Made by a program: the position numbers and the translations under genes
Assembly: GCA_046483495.1 (NCBI GenBank)
Contig: JAWODC010000090.1
Coordinates: forward strand, 64,001 to 128,000
DNA from: Desulfobacterales bacterium
GTDB lineage: Bacteria; Desulfobacterota; Desulfobacteria; Desulfobacterales; UBA5616
Length of the DNA: 64,000 bases
Direction of reading: 5' to 3'
The notes under the pieces: generated by a model
Seen by the model: the letters and a program-made list of their open reading frames with translations, nothing else
Told to the model about the DNA's origin: nothing
Database searches by the model: none
In this document: positions 39,949-51,561 of the stretch, piece after piece
Layout: each line of letters opens with the position of its first letter
Numbering within the stretch: the stretch's first letter is position 1

Positions 39949-41463
39949 ATGGTGAAAGATCCTGAAAATCCACGCATCCTCATCGTGACACCGGAGGTGA
40001 CGTACCTGCCTGACCGCATGAAAAGCTATTCCAGCTATCTCACGGCTAAAGCGGGAGGCCTGGCGGATGTTTCAGCCTCTCTTATCAGCGCCCTTTTCAC
40101 ACAGGGCGCTGATGTTCATGTGGCGCTTCCCGACTATCGTTCCATTTTCCGAAACCGGTTGGCCCCGTTTCTGGAAAAGGAGCAGAACATCATCCGCCGC
40201 ATCATGCCCGACGACCGGCTTCACCTTGCCCAGGACCGGGCCTTCTTCTATTTAAACAGAGTCTATTCCGATTATTCCCCCGAAAACATTACCATGGCGC
40301 TGGCGTTTCAACGGGAAATCATCAACAACATCATTCCCCGGGTGAACCCGGATCTTATTCATTGCAATGACTGGATGACGGGCCTGATACCGGCCGTGGC
40401 GCGCCAGATGGGAATTCCGTGCCTTTTCACCATCCATAATATCCACTCGGTAAAAAGAACGCTTGCAGACATTGAAGACCGCGGTATCGACGCTGCTGCG
40501 TTTTGGCAGTATTTGTACTATGATAAGATTCCGGACGATTACAATTCTTCCCGGGAAAACGATCCGGTTGACTTTCTGTTGAGCGGAATTTTCGCCGCGC
40601 ATTTTGTCAACACCGTGAGCCCCACGTTCTTAAAGGAAATCGTCGACGGCAAACATGATTTTATTTCAGAGGCATTGAAACGGGAACTTTCGAATAAATG
40701 GTATGCCGACTGTGCCTTCGGCATTCTCAATGCACCGGATTCATCCTTCAATCCAAGAACAGACCCCCATCTCGCCGCGCCATACGATGCATACAACCAT
40801 TTCGAAGGAAAGAAAAAGAACAAGTTCGTCCTCCAAAAGCTGCTGGCCCTGATTCCCGATCAAAATGCTCCACTCCTTTTATGGCCCTCCCGGCTTGACC
40901 CTGTCCAGAAGGGATGCCAGCTGCTGGCGGACATTTTTTATGGGGTGATATCCACCCATTGGGACCAAAATCTTCAAATCGTCTTCGTAGCGGACGGCGA
41001 CTACCAGCCTGTATTTCGCAATATCGTAGACTATCACCATTTTTCCGAGCGGGTGGCTATCTGCAATTTCGATCAGCATCTCGAACACCTGGCATATGGG
41101 GCCTCGGATTTTATCCTGATGCCCTCACGTTTCGAACCCTGCGGCCTGCCCCAGATGATCGGCGCCATTTACGGAAGCCTTCCTGTCGCTTTCGATACCG
41201 GCGGCATTCATGACACGGTGGTGCAGTTGGACCCAAAAGAGGGCACCGGCAACGGATTTCTCTTCGCAAATCATGATGCCAACGGGTTATGGTGGGCCAT
41301 CCAGGAGGCGCTTTCGTTCTACAATCTTCCACAGGCGGTCAAGGCATCCGAGATATGCCGAATCATGATCGAAAGTGAACGCGTTTTCAACCATTCCAAT
41401 ACCGCCCGGCAGTATATCGCATTGTATGAAAAAATGCTGAAACGGCCGCTGCTTTCTCCGTGA
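39949..41463 (+). CDS. glgA: Glycogen synthase (GT5)
   Basis: KAGGLADV, HCNDW, TIHN, QKG, PSRFEPCGLPQM, TGGIHDTV. Confidence 0.92.
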   Translation: MVKDPENPRILIVTPEVTYLPDRMKSYSSYLTAKAGGLADVSASLISALFTQGADVHVALPDYRSIFRNRLAPFLEKEQNIIRRIMPDDRLHLAQDRAFFYLNRVYSDYSPENITMALAFQREIINNIIPRVNPDLIHCNDWMTGLIPAVARQMGIPCLFTIHNIHSVKRTLADIEDRGIDAAAFWQYLYYDKIPDDYNSSRENDPVDFLLSGIFAAHFVNTVSPTFLKEIVDGKHDFISEALKRELSNKWYADCAFGILNAPDSSFNPRTDPHLAAPYDAYNHFEGKKKNKFVLQKLLALIPDQNAPLLLWPSRLDPVQKGCQLLADIFYGVISTHWDQNLQIVFVADGDYQPVFRNIVDYHHFSERVAICNFDQHLEHLAYGASDFILMPSRFEPCGLPQMIGAIYGSLPVAFDTGGIHDTVVQLDPKEGTGNGFLFANHDANGLWWAIQEALSFYNLPQAVKASEICRIMIESERVFNHSNTARQYIALYEKMLKRPLLSP

Positions 41464-41488
41464 CAGCCGCGGGCCATGCACCCCGGGA

Positions 41489-43594
41489 ATGTCCGACGGG
41501 AAAACGACATTTGAAAAGAGGGAAAATGGAATGAAGTCCAATCTTTTTCGAAAACATTCGACGGACCGGCAGCGCACCGAACCCGCAACCCGGCATGTAT
41601 TTGCCGATAGCGATCCATGGCTGCAGTCATTTAAAGAATGTATTCTCAAGAGAAATGCCGCCGTCTTAAGGACATTTGAAAGCCTGACCAAGCAAACAGG
41701 ACGCCTTGCCGATTTTGCGTCCGGTCACCTTTATTTCGGCCTTCACAAGCACCAAGATGAATGGATCTTTCGGGAATGGGCGCCGAATGCAACCGCTGTC
41801 CATTTTATCGGCGAGGCAACACAATGGCGGGAGCTTCCGGAATACAGACTATGCCGGGTGGATGAAAACGGCGCATGGGAAGTGCGCCTCCCTGAGGAAA
41901 AAATCAAACACGGAGACCTTTACCGCTTACGAATGCATTGGGAAAACGGTTGCGGTGATCGATTGCCCGCTTATGCAACCCGAGTCGTTCAGGATCCCGA
42001 AACCTACATTTTCAATGCCCAGGTGTGGAGACCCGAACCGGCTTACCAATGGCGGATTGACACATTCATCCGGCAGCCCGAACCTCTTTATATCTATGAA
42101 GTGCACATTGGAATTGCCCAGGATGCGGAAAAAATCGGGACCTATAACGAATTCACCCGTCATGTGCTGCCCCGCATCGTGGATGCCGGTTATAACACGA
42201 TCCAGATCATGGCGATTCAAGAGCACCCGTACTATGCTTCATTTGGATATCAGGTATCGAATTATTTTGCGGCCTCTTCCCGTTTTGGAACACCGGAAGA
42301 ATTGAAGCACTTGATCGATACGGCCCACGAATACGGCATCGCCGTTATTATGGATCTTATCCACTCTCACAGCGTGTTAAACGAGGTGGAGGGTTTGAGC
42401 CGATTCGACGGCACCCCTTATCAGTATTTCCATGAAGGCGGCGACGGCTACCACCAATTGTGGAACTCCCGCTGTTTTGACTATAAAAAACATCAGGTGC
42501 TGCATTTCCTGCTGTCCAACTGTCGGTTCTGGCTGGAAGAATACCGGCTCGACGGTTTTCGCTTTGACGGCGTAACCAGCATGCTGTACCATCACCGGGG
42601 TCTCGGCAAACGTTTTACTTCCTATGATGACTATTTCAACGGTGAAGTCGACGAAGATGCGCTCGTTTACTTAACGCTTGCCAACATGCTGATTCACGAT
42701 ATCGCACCCGATGCCGTGACCATCGCCGAAGATGTCAGCGGCATGCCGGGGCTTGCCGCCCCCCTGAATACGGCGGGCGTCGGATTCGATTACCGATTCG
42801 CCATGGGTATACCCAATTTCTGGATACACCTCACAACGGATGTTCCGGATGAGCATTGGCATCTCGGAGCGCTGTGGCACGAATTGACCAACCAGCGCAG
42901 CGATGAAAATACCATCAGCTACACGGAAAGCCACGATCAGGCCCTGGTGGGAGATCAAACGCTGATGTTTCGCCTAATCGGTTCGGATATCTACGATCAC
43001 ATGACCATCGGTGACGACAACATTCGCATCGATCGGGGCATGGCGCTTCATAAGATGATACGATTGATCACGCTCGCCACGGCCGGTCACGGGTACCTGA
43101 ATTTCATGGGAAATGAGTTCGGGCATCCCGAATGGATTGATTTTCCGAGGGAGGGCAACTGCTGGTCGTTTTGGTATGCCCGCCGTCAGTGGCATCTGGT
43201 CGACAATCCCCATCTAAAGTACCATTTTCTGAATCGATTCGACCGCGATATGATTCACTTGGCAAGGGCCCACCACCTGCTCGATCATTCGGATTTGGAG
43301 CACATTTGGGAAGACGGCGATGCCAAAATCCTGATTTTCCGAAGGGAATTACTGCTGTTCGCGTTTAATTTTCACCCGCATCGATCCCGGGAGGGCTATG
43401 CATTTCCGGCACCGCCGGGAAAATACGTCATGCTCCTGGATACGGATCAACGCGATTATGGCGGCCATGGCCGTCTTGTACCCCGCCAGGAGCAGATTTC
43501 GACAGCCGATCCGAAATCGAATGAAAACATGCCGTTTTTAAGGCTTTACCTGCCGGCAAGGTGCGCTCTGGTACTGCAACGCACCGAGGCATAA
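41489..43594 (+). CDS. glgB: 1,4-alpha-glucan branching enzyme (GH13_8-like)
   Basis: FREWAPNA, EHPYYASFGYQV, GFRFDGVTSM, IAEDVSGMP, ESHDQALVGD, NFMGNEFGHPEWIDFPREGN; start may be 41531. Confidence 0.95.
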   Translation: MSDGKTTFEKRENGMKSNLFRKHSTDRQRTEPATRHVFADSDPWLQSFKECILKRNAAVLRTFESLTKQTGRLADFASGHLYFGLHKHQDEWIFREWAPNATAVHFIGEATQWRELPEYRLCRVDENGAWEVRLPEEKIKHGDLYRLRMHWENGCGDRLPAYATRVVQDPETYIFNAQVWRPEPAYQWRIDTFIRQPEPLYIYEVHIGIAQDAEKIGTYNEFTRHVLPRIVDAGYNTIQIMAIQEHPYYASFGYQVSNYFAASSRFGTPEELKHLIDTAHEYGIAVIMDLIHSHSVLNEVEGLSRFDGTPYQYFHEGGDGYHQLWNSRCFDYKKHQVLHFLLSNCRFWLEEYRLDGFRFDGVTSMLYHHRGLGKRFTSYDDYFNGEVDEDALVYLTLANMLIHDIAPDAVTIAEDVSGMPGLAAPLNTAGVGFDYRFAMGIPNFWIHLTTDVPDEHWHLGALWHELTNQRSDENTISYTESHDQALVGDQTLMFRLIGSDIYDHMTIGDDNIRIDRGMALHKMIRLITLATAGHGYLNFMGNEFGHPEWIDFPREGNCWSFWYARRQWHLVDNPHLKYHFLNRFDRDMIHLARAHHLLDHSDLEHIWEDGDAKILIFRRELLLFAFNFHPHRSREGYAFPAPPGKYVMLLDTDQRDYGGHGRLVPRQEQISTADPKSNENMPFLRLYLPARCALVLQRTEA

Positions 43595-43690
43595 ACGATG
43601 GATTGCACGTTGTTGAATTGAAGACACCATTCGGGCCGATGAGCAGTTCGCCTTACCGGTTTCGCAGAATTCGGAAAAGGAGGTTCGTTC

Positions 43691-44755
43691 ATGTTCGGAT
43701 TAAAAACCGTAAAACGAAAGAAAGTCGGCCTTTCGCCCGGAAGCCTTGTCCATGTCGGTGAAAAAAAATCCGACCGGATCATCATCCGTCTGATGCATTA
43801 CACCGATCGGGAGTTCGAAGAAAAAGAATGCACCACAATTGACGAATGTTTTCCGTATTTCAACGCAGACGGCATCACGTGGGTCAATATCGACGGGCTG
43901 CACGATGTCGAGGTCATCAAAACAATCGGCGAAAACCGCAATCTGCATCCCCTCATTCTGGAGGACATCCTCAATACCCACCAATCCACCAAGATGGACG
44001 AGTTGGATCGTTATCTGTTCATCATATCGAGAATGTTATACTTCAATGAACACACCGACAGTCTCGAAAGCGAACAGGTAAGCCTTGTGCTGGGGAAAAA
44101 CTTCGTGATAACATTTCAGGAACGGAAGGGGGATGTCTTCGATCCGGTAAGGGAAAGAATCAGGACTTACAAGGGCCGTATCCGGAAGATGGGGGCCGAT
44201 TATCTGGCTTACGCCCTGATGGATATCATTGTGGATAATTATTTTGTTGTTATCGATAAAATCGAAGATAAAATCGAACACATCGAAGATTCGGTGATGA
44301 CCGCCCCCCGGCCCGAAATGCTCGAGACCCTCCATTATCTCAAGAAGGATATCATCCTGCTTCGAAAATCGGCCTGGCCGCTTAGAGAAATCATTATGGC
44401 GATCGAAAGGGATGAGCCGGGCCTCATATGTGAAGCAACGATCATTTACTTCAAAGATCTCTACGATCATACCCTTCAGGTGATGGAAGCCGTCGAGACA
44501 TTCAGGGACCTCGTTTCCGGCATGCAGGATCTATACCTCACCAGCATCAGCAACCGAATGAATGAGGTGATGAAGGTGCTGACGGTTATCGCCACTATTT
44601 TTATCCCCCTGACATTCATCACCGGTATATACGGCATGAATTTCAACGATATGCCGGAACTTGCGTGGCCGTTCGGCTATCCGTTGGTGTTGATGCTCAT
44701 GCTCATCGTCGGGCTCTTGATGGTGGCCTATTTCAGACAAAAAAAGTGGCTCTAA
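43691..44755 (+). CDS. corA: Magnesium/cobalt transporter CorA
   Basis: YGMNF and MPEL, two C-terminal TM helices, N-terminal GLSPGSL. Confidence 0.96.
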   Translation: MFGLKTVKRKKVGLSPGSLVHVGEKKSDRIIIRLMHYTDREFEEKECTTIDECFPYFNADGITWVNIDGLHDVEVIKTIGENRNLHPLILEDILNTHQSTKMDELDRYLFIISRMLYFNEHTDSLESEQVSLVLGKNFVITFQERKGDVFDPVRERIRTYKGRIRKMGADYLAYALMDIIVDNYFVVIDKIEDKIEHIEDSVMTAPRPEMLETLHYLKKDIILLRKSAWPLREIIMAIERDEPGLICEATIIYFKDLYDHTLQVMEAVETFRDLVSGMQDLYLTSISNRMNEVMKVLTVIATIFIPLTFITGIYGMNFNDMPELAWPFGYPLVLMLMLIVGLLMVAYFRQKKWL

Positions 44756-44773
44756 GGACAAACGGGAATTGCC

Positions 44774-47461
44774 ATGGGAATTCACAACCTGGATAACGTT
44801 TTTCAACCCGAATCCGTTGCAGTGGTCGGCGCAACCGAAAAATCAAGAAGCGTGGGATCGGCGGTTATGCTGAATCTCATCAACGGCGGCTACAAAGGGA
44901 GGATACATCCGGTCAACCCCCGCCACGCGACTATTTTCGGAAAACCCGCGTTTTCTTCGATAAGCGATTTGGACGAATCGCCGGATCTTGTGGTTATCGC
45001 TACACCTATAACGTCCGTTCCTGAAATCATACGATCATGTGCGGCAAAAAAGGCAGGCGGCGCGATCATCATTTCCGCGGGGGGCAAGGAAACCGGGGAA
45101 ACCGGCAGAGAACTCGAAGGCCGGATCAAACAGGAAGCCGAAGATTCCGGTCTGCGCCTCATCGGACCCAATTGTCTGGGCATATATTCCTCCGCCTCTG
45201 CACTGAATGCCAGTTTTGCCGGCCACATACCGCAGGCGGGTGAAATGGCCTTCATTTCACAGAGCGGCGCTGTCTGCACAGCCGTACTGGATCTCGCGGT
45301 CAAGGAGCGCATGGGATTCAGTTATTTCGTCAGCCTGGGCTCCATGCTGGACGTGGATTTCGGTGATGTCATCGATTATATCGGTTCCGATCCGTCGGTG
45401 AGCAGCATTGTCATGTATATCGAAAACCTTTCCCGGATTCGAAATTTCATGAGTGCGGCGCGCGCCGTAAGCCGGGTCAAACCGATCATTGCTTTGAAGG
45501 CCGGGCGCTCCCAGGCGGGTGCAAAAGCAGCCGCTTCGCATACGGGCGCCATGGCAGGTGAAGACGCCGTGTACGATGTGGCTTTAAGGCGTGCGGGCAT
45601 CATTCGGGTAAAAACCTTCGAGGAATTGTTTGACTGTGCGGAAATTCTGTCCAAACAATCACGGATTAAAGGTCCGGAGCTGGGAATTATCACCAATGCG
45701 GGTGGGCCCGGCGTCATGGCGGCGGATGCGCTTTCCGATTACGGCATAGAGCCCCCCCGGTTAAGCGACGAAACCATAGACAAGCTGAACCGGGTACTCC
45801 CGGAGCACTGGAGTCGCGCCAATCCTATCGATATCCTTGGAGATGCGCCGCCTCAACGGTACCGGGATACGGTTGACATTTGCCTGAAAGCGCCGGAAAT
45901 CAGCGGATTGTTGGTGATGCTGGCTCCGCAGGCATTGACAGACCCCACGGAGGTTGCCGACAGCCTGTCCAAAACCCTTGTAAACGCCCGATTCCCCGTG
46001 TTTACAAGCTGGTTGGGTCAGACGGATGTGGAAAAGGGGCGTCAGATATTCAACGATGCCGGTATTCCCACATTCAATTCCCCGGAACGGGCTATTCGGG
46101 CATTCGTTGACATGGTAAACTACGCCAGAAATATCGACATGCTGCAGGAGATTCCGTCCAATTTCCCGAAAAAGCTTTCCTTTGACAACGCCGCCGCAAA
46201 CCGAATCATTACAGATGCGCTCACCAGCCGTATGGTAAATTTGACGGAAGTCGAATCCAAAAACGTGCTGGCGGCATACGGAATCCCGACAATCCCCACC
46301 AGGATAGCCCAGACCGAAAAAGAGGCGGTTCAATCGGCGGCCGAAACGGGCTTCCCGGTGGCATTGAAAATTTACTCCAGGGACATCAGCCACAAAACCG
46401 AGGCAGACGGTGTGGCGCTGAACCTGAACACCGAGAGCGAAGTGAAATCGGCATTTCACCAAGTGGTGGAAAAGGCCGCCGCCGCATTCCCGAAGGCGGA
46501 TATTTCGGGGGTTACCATTTCTCCCATGGTCGCATCTTCGGGATATGAACTGATCCTGGGTGCAAAAATGGACCCGGATTTCGGGCCCGTTATTTTGTTC
46601 GGGTTGGGGGGCATTTATACCGAAATCATCAAAGACAAGGCTCTTGCGCTTCCTCCCCTAAACCGCTTGCTGGCCAGACGCCTGATCGAGGGCACGAAAA
46701 TCTACCGGCTTTTGAAAGGCTACCGGAACAAGCCGCCCGTTGATCTGATGCGGCTGGAGGAAATCATTCTTCGCCTGTCGCACCTGGTCGTTGACTTTTC
46801 TGAAATTGCCGAACTCGACATCAATCCATTGATCATCGACGAGAAGAATGCCTGGGCCGTAGACGCCCGAATCGTCCTTGCCGGGCGTACACCCTCCTCT
46901 CCCATGCACCTGGTGATAAGCCCCTACCCCGCCCAATATGAAGCACATTGCCGAACCGGCGGCGGTATCGACATATTTATCAGGCCCATTCGGCCGGAGG
47001 ATGCGCCTCTTTTGTCGGAACTGTTTCAAACACTCTCGCAGCAAACCATTTACTTCCGTTTTTTCAGCCCCTTAAAAACGTTGCCCCACAGCATGCTGGC
47101 ACGGTTCACGCAGGTGGATTACGACCGGGAAATTGCACTGGTGGCGCTTTCCGAGACGAGCGAAACGGAAAAGCTCCTGGGAGCGGCAAGAGTGATCAAC
47201 GCCCCCGACCAGGAAAACGCGGAGTTTTCCATCCTGGTGGGAGACCGGTGGCACGGAAAGGGTATCGGGGCCGAACTTCTCAAGCGGTGCCTGGAAATCG
47301 CAAAGGCGCGCGGACTCCAATCCGTTCACGGTGTGGTCCTGTCCGAGAATACGCAAATGCTGGAACTTGGCAGAAAATTGGGGTTTGAAAAAAAACGGGG
47401 TGCCGATCCCAGGGAGATCGAACTGACCATACAGCTTAGTGAGAACAACCCGACCGAATAG
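44774..47461 (+). CDS. Acyl-CoA synthetase (NDP-forming)-GNAT fusion, Pat/YfiQ-like protein lysine acetyltransferase
   Basis: GPNCLG, SQSGA, SHTGA, NPIDILGDA, ATP-grasp (HKTE.DGV, ELDINP), GNAT WHGKGIG. Confidence 0.93.
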   Translation: MGIHNLDNVFQPESVAVVGATEKSRSVGSAVMLNLINGGYKGRIHPVNPRHATIFGKPAFSSISDLDESPDLVVIATPITSVPEIIRSCAAKKAGGAIIISAGGKETGETGRELEGRIKQEAEDSGLRLIGPNCLGIYSSASALNASFAGHIPQAGEMAFISQSGAVCTAVLDLAVKERMGFSYFVSLGSMLDVDFGDVIDYIGSDPSVSSIVMYIENLSRIRNFMSAARAVSRVKPIIALKAGRSQAGAKAAASHTGAMAGEDAVYDVALRRAGIIRVKTFEELFDCAEILSKQSRIKGPELGIITNAGGPGVMAADALSDYGIEPPRLSDETIDKLNRVLPEHWSRANPIDILGDAPPQRYRDTVDICLKAPEISGLLVMLAPQALTDPTEVADSLSKTLVNARFPVFTSWLGQTDVEKGRQIFNDAGIPTFNSPERAIRAFVDMVNYARNIDMLQEIPSNFPKKLSFDNAAANRIITDALTSRMVNLTEVESKNVLAAYGIPTIPTRIAQTEKEAVQSAAETGFPVALKIYSRDISHKTEADGVALNLNTESEVKSAFHQVVEKAAAAFPKADISGVTISPMVASSGYELILGAKMDPDFGPVILFGLGGIYTEIIKDKALALPPLNRLLARRLIEGTKIYRLLKGYRNKPPVDLMRLEEIILRLSHLVVDFSEIAELDINPLIIDEKNAWAVDARIVLAGRTPSSPMHLVISPYPAQYEAHCRTGGGIDIFIRPIRPEDAPLLSELFQTLSQQTIYFRFFSPLKTLPHSMLARFTQVDYDREIALVALSETSETEKLLGAARVINAPDQENAEFSILVGDRWHGKGIGAELLKRCLEIAKARGLQSVHGVVLSENTQMLELGRKLGFEKKRGADPREIELTIQLSENNPTE

Positions 47462-47487
47462 CAATCCAACCGGGCAATATACGGCAT

Positions 47488-47934
47488 CTAAACGTCTTCT
47501 GTAAACACTTTGCTGGGATAACGGATCAGCTCTTTTATTTTAGCCCTGCGGATTTTCTCATCGTGAGCAAACTTCTTTTCGAATGCGGCGGCGATTTTCT
47601 CCAGCAGGTCTTCGAATGGGATGGGCTTCAACAGGTAATCGAAGGCCCCCAACCGCATTCCTTCAATGCTGGTTTCCACCGATGCGTGACCGGTCAGCAG
47701 GAGAACTTCAATCGTTGGCCGGCGCTTTTTGATCGCTCGCAATGTTTCGATGCCATCCATGCCCCCCGGCATACGAATGTCGAGCACCACCACATCGAAC
47801 AGCTGCTTTTCAAGAATCTCGAGCGCGGCTTCCCCGCTTCGGATGCCGACCGCATCGAGCTTTCTTTTCCGGAGCCGATCGACAATGGTATCGAGGAAGT
47901 CGGCTTCGTCATCCACCACAAGGATTCTGAACAT
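47488..47934 (-). CDS. Single-domain response regulator
   Basis: ILVVDDE, LDIRMP, LTGH, GAFDYLLKP; start at ATG 47934. Confidence 0.92.
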   Translation of the reverse strand: MFRILVVDDEADFLDTIVDRLRKRKLDAVGIRSGEAALEILEKQLFDVVVLDIRMPGGMDGIETLRAIKKRRPTIEVLLLTGHASVETSIEGMRLGAFDYLLKPIPFEDLLEKIAAAFEKKFAHDEKIRRAKIKELIRYPSKVFTEDV

Positions 47935-47969
47935 GTTACGCGATCCCGTTTCAATTGCCGTTACACCGC

Positions 47970-48004
47970 TGTCCATCCGGAAATGAGAAAATTCACTTCA
48001 GTTC
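47970..48004 (-). repeat. Partial copy D (one end) of the 143-bp element
   Basis: TGTCCATCCGGAAATGAGAAAATTCACTTCAGTTC, a direct repeat of 48017-48051 with 4 mismatches. Confidence 0.8.
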
Positions 48005-48015
48005 TCACTATACTG

Positions 48016-48158
48016 GTGTCCATCCGGAAATGAGATAATTCGATTCCGTTCAAGGCAGCCGGGAAATTTTAACCGCAGGAATACATTGAGTGTTTTGAGG
48101 ATTAAAATTACCCGGCCAACGCCGAAATGGAGCGAATCAGCCATTTCTGGATGGGCAC
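48016..48158 (-). mobile_element. 143-bp palindromic MITE/ERIC-like element, copy B
   Basis: Reverse complement aligns without gaps to 9369-9511 (6 mismatches); same terminal inverted repeats. Confidence 0.88.
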
Positions 48159-48463
48159 TAGACTACGATAAAGTTGTTGCTCGTTCCAAACGAGTTGGTG
48201 CAAACCAACGAATTTTCGGCATCATTTGCCCATCGACCGTCCACCGTGAATTTGTATTCATAGGTGCCGGGATACAGCAGCAGGTACTTTTCCCAGCGGC
48301 CCTCGGTATTTTTTTTCATCGGGTGTTTTCGATCGTTCCACTCATTGAAATCACCCACAAGGCATACCGCCCGTGCATCGGGAAAATTTGCACAAAAAAC
48401 AACCTTCTTTCGTTTCTGATTCGTATCCGCCGCCTTTTTCTTTACCGCTTTTTTGCCTTTCAT
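48158..48463 (-). CDS. Stand-alone CBM48/AMPK-beta-like glycogen-binding protein
   Basis: V.LVGDFNEW, W...L.LYPGTYEYKFTVDGRW..D, FGTSNN; GGAGG RBS. Confidence 0.88.
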   Translation of the reverse strand: MKGKKAVKKKAADTNQKRKKVVFCANFPDARAVCLVGDFNEWNDRKHPMKKNTEGRWEKYLLLYPGTYEYKFTVDGRWANDAENSLVCTNSFGTSNNFIVV

Positions 48464-48590
48464 TTACACCTCCGGTACATTAAAACAATTGTCTGTCTCG
48501 AGATAGCTGCCGAAACCGAATACCACGGCATTTTAATCATTTTTAAGGGCGTTATCAATTCATTTTTTCAGTCCGGTTTAAAGAATATCC

Positions 48591-49040
48591 TCAACGATGT
48601 TTATAGGACTCTTTTTTAAGGTCCAACCGTTTCATTTTGTCATACAGACCTCTGGGATGAATGCCTGCCGGCCGTGCCGCCTGTGCCACCCGGCCTTTGG
48701 TTTTCGTCAGCACCATATCATGGTACGTTCTTTCAACCTGTTCGATCACCGTCTCTTTTACTTCGTGCAGGGTTTTCCCGAGCCAGCTTTCGGGAAAACC
48801 GTCACCAAGGGGGTTCATGATTTTTGTGAAACGTATGGGGAAGATCATTTAACGTGATCTCATGGGACTCTCACGGAATCATCGCCCTTTCGATGACATT
48901 CATCAACTCGCGCACATTTCCGGACCACTCATGTCGACACAGCGCCTCACCGCCTCCCGGCTCATTCGGGTGACTTCACGGCCGATTTTTTGACGAAAAT
49001 CGCTTACGAAACGACGAGCCAGGCCCGGAATATCCTCCCC
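48591..49040 (-). pseudogene. 3' remnant of a sigma-54-dependent (NtrC/Fis-type) activator
   Basis: EDIPGLARRF... then a frameshift, ALCRHEWSGNVRELMNVIERAM, in-frame TGA, ITLNDLP, a second frameshift, then the Fis-type HTH (GRVAQAAR.AGIHPRGLYDKMKR); no Walker or GAFTGA part. Confidence 0.85.
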
Positions 49041-49047
49041 GTGATTA

Positions 49048-49094
49048 CCGGCCGCCTTGAACTGAATCGAATTTTCTCATTTCTGGGTGGGCAC
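49048..49094 (+). repeat. Partial copy C (right end) of the 143-bp element
   Basis: CCGGCCGCCTTGAACTGAATCGAATTTTCTCATTTCTGGGTGGGCAC matches 9465-9511; followed by TA. Confidence 0.83.
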
Positions 49095-49352
49095 TACTTA
49101 ATTTGTAAATTCGGGAGGTTGAACCCCGTTTGATCGGACAGCGCTTATTTGGAAAAAACCCGCTTTTTTTAACAGAAAATCATGAAAAAAATGAGCAGTG
49201 CACCTTGACTTCAATCATTTTGAGATTATCTTTCAAAATCATCCTGAATGCCTCTCCTTACCGGGGAGCTGATTTTCATTTACCTATTCAAAAAAAGAAC
49301 CTGATGCGATGACTAAAAACACACCATTTTTATCCGAAGGAGGCGAATTGAG

Positions 49353-49640
49353 ATGAAAATCAGACCACTGAATGATCGTGTACTGGTGTTAAGAGTAAAA
49401 GAAGAAGAAAAAACCGCCGGGGGAATTATCATACCGGATACGGCCAAAGAAAAACCCCAGGAGGGTGAGATTGTCGCGGTGGGTCCGGGAAAATTGAATA
49501 AAGAAGGCACCCGGGTACCTCCTGAAGTGAAAAAAGGAGATCGGGTACTCTTTGCGCGATATGCCGGAACAGAGATCAAGATAGAGGGTGTCGAGCATCT
49601 CATGATGCGGGAGGACGATATCTTAGGCATCACCTCCTGA
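49353..49640 (+). CDS. groES: Co-chaperonin GroES
   Basis: [28 protein letters not shown]. Confidence 0.97.
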   Translation: MKIRPLNDRVLVLRVKEEEKTAGGIIIPDTAKEKPQEGEIVAVGPGKLNKEGTRVPPEVKKGDRVLFARYAGTEIKIEGVEHLMMREDDILGITS

Positions 49641-49710
49641 ACAAACGATTATTAAAACCGGACATCCTGACAATCTCCTCACTTCCGGACCTGACCGCCC
49701 TCGCTTATAA

Positions 49711-51405
<1,695 letters not shown>

Positions 51406-51450
51406 ATTTTGAAAAAAACAGATGTATAAATAAACGAAAAATCCAAACCG

Positions 51451-51485
51451 AAGGCGCAGGATGACGTAAAGCCATCCTGCGCCTT
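51451..51485. terminator. Strong hairpin between groEL and dksA
   Basis: AAGGCGCAGGATG-N9-CATCCTGCGCCTT, a perfect 13-bp stem without a U-tract on the + strand. Confidence 0.5.
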
Positions 51486-51561
51486 GCGCAATCAACTACC
51501 CGAAACCGCCGCCTGAATGAAATGTAACGGCATGTTCAGTGACGGTCAAATGGAGTTTTAA

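Noticed and set aside
47970..48051. 35-bp direct repeat with 47-bp period as a possible CRISPR array
   Set aside because: Only two units, a 12-bp gap, no cas genes; both units are ends of the MITE
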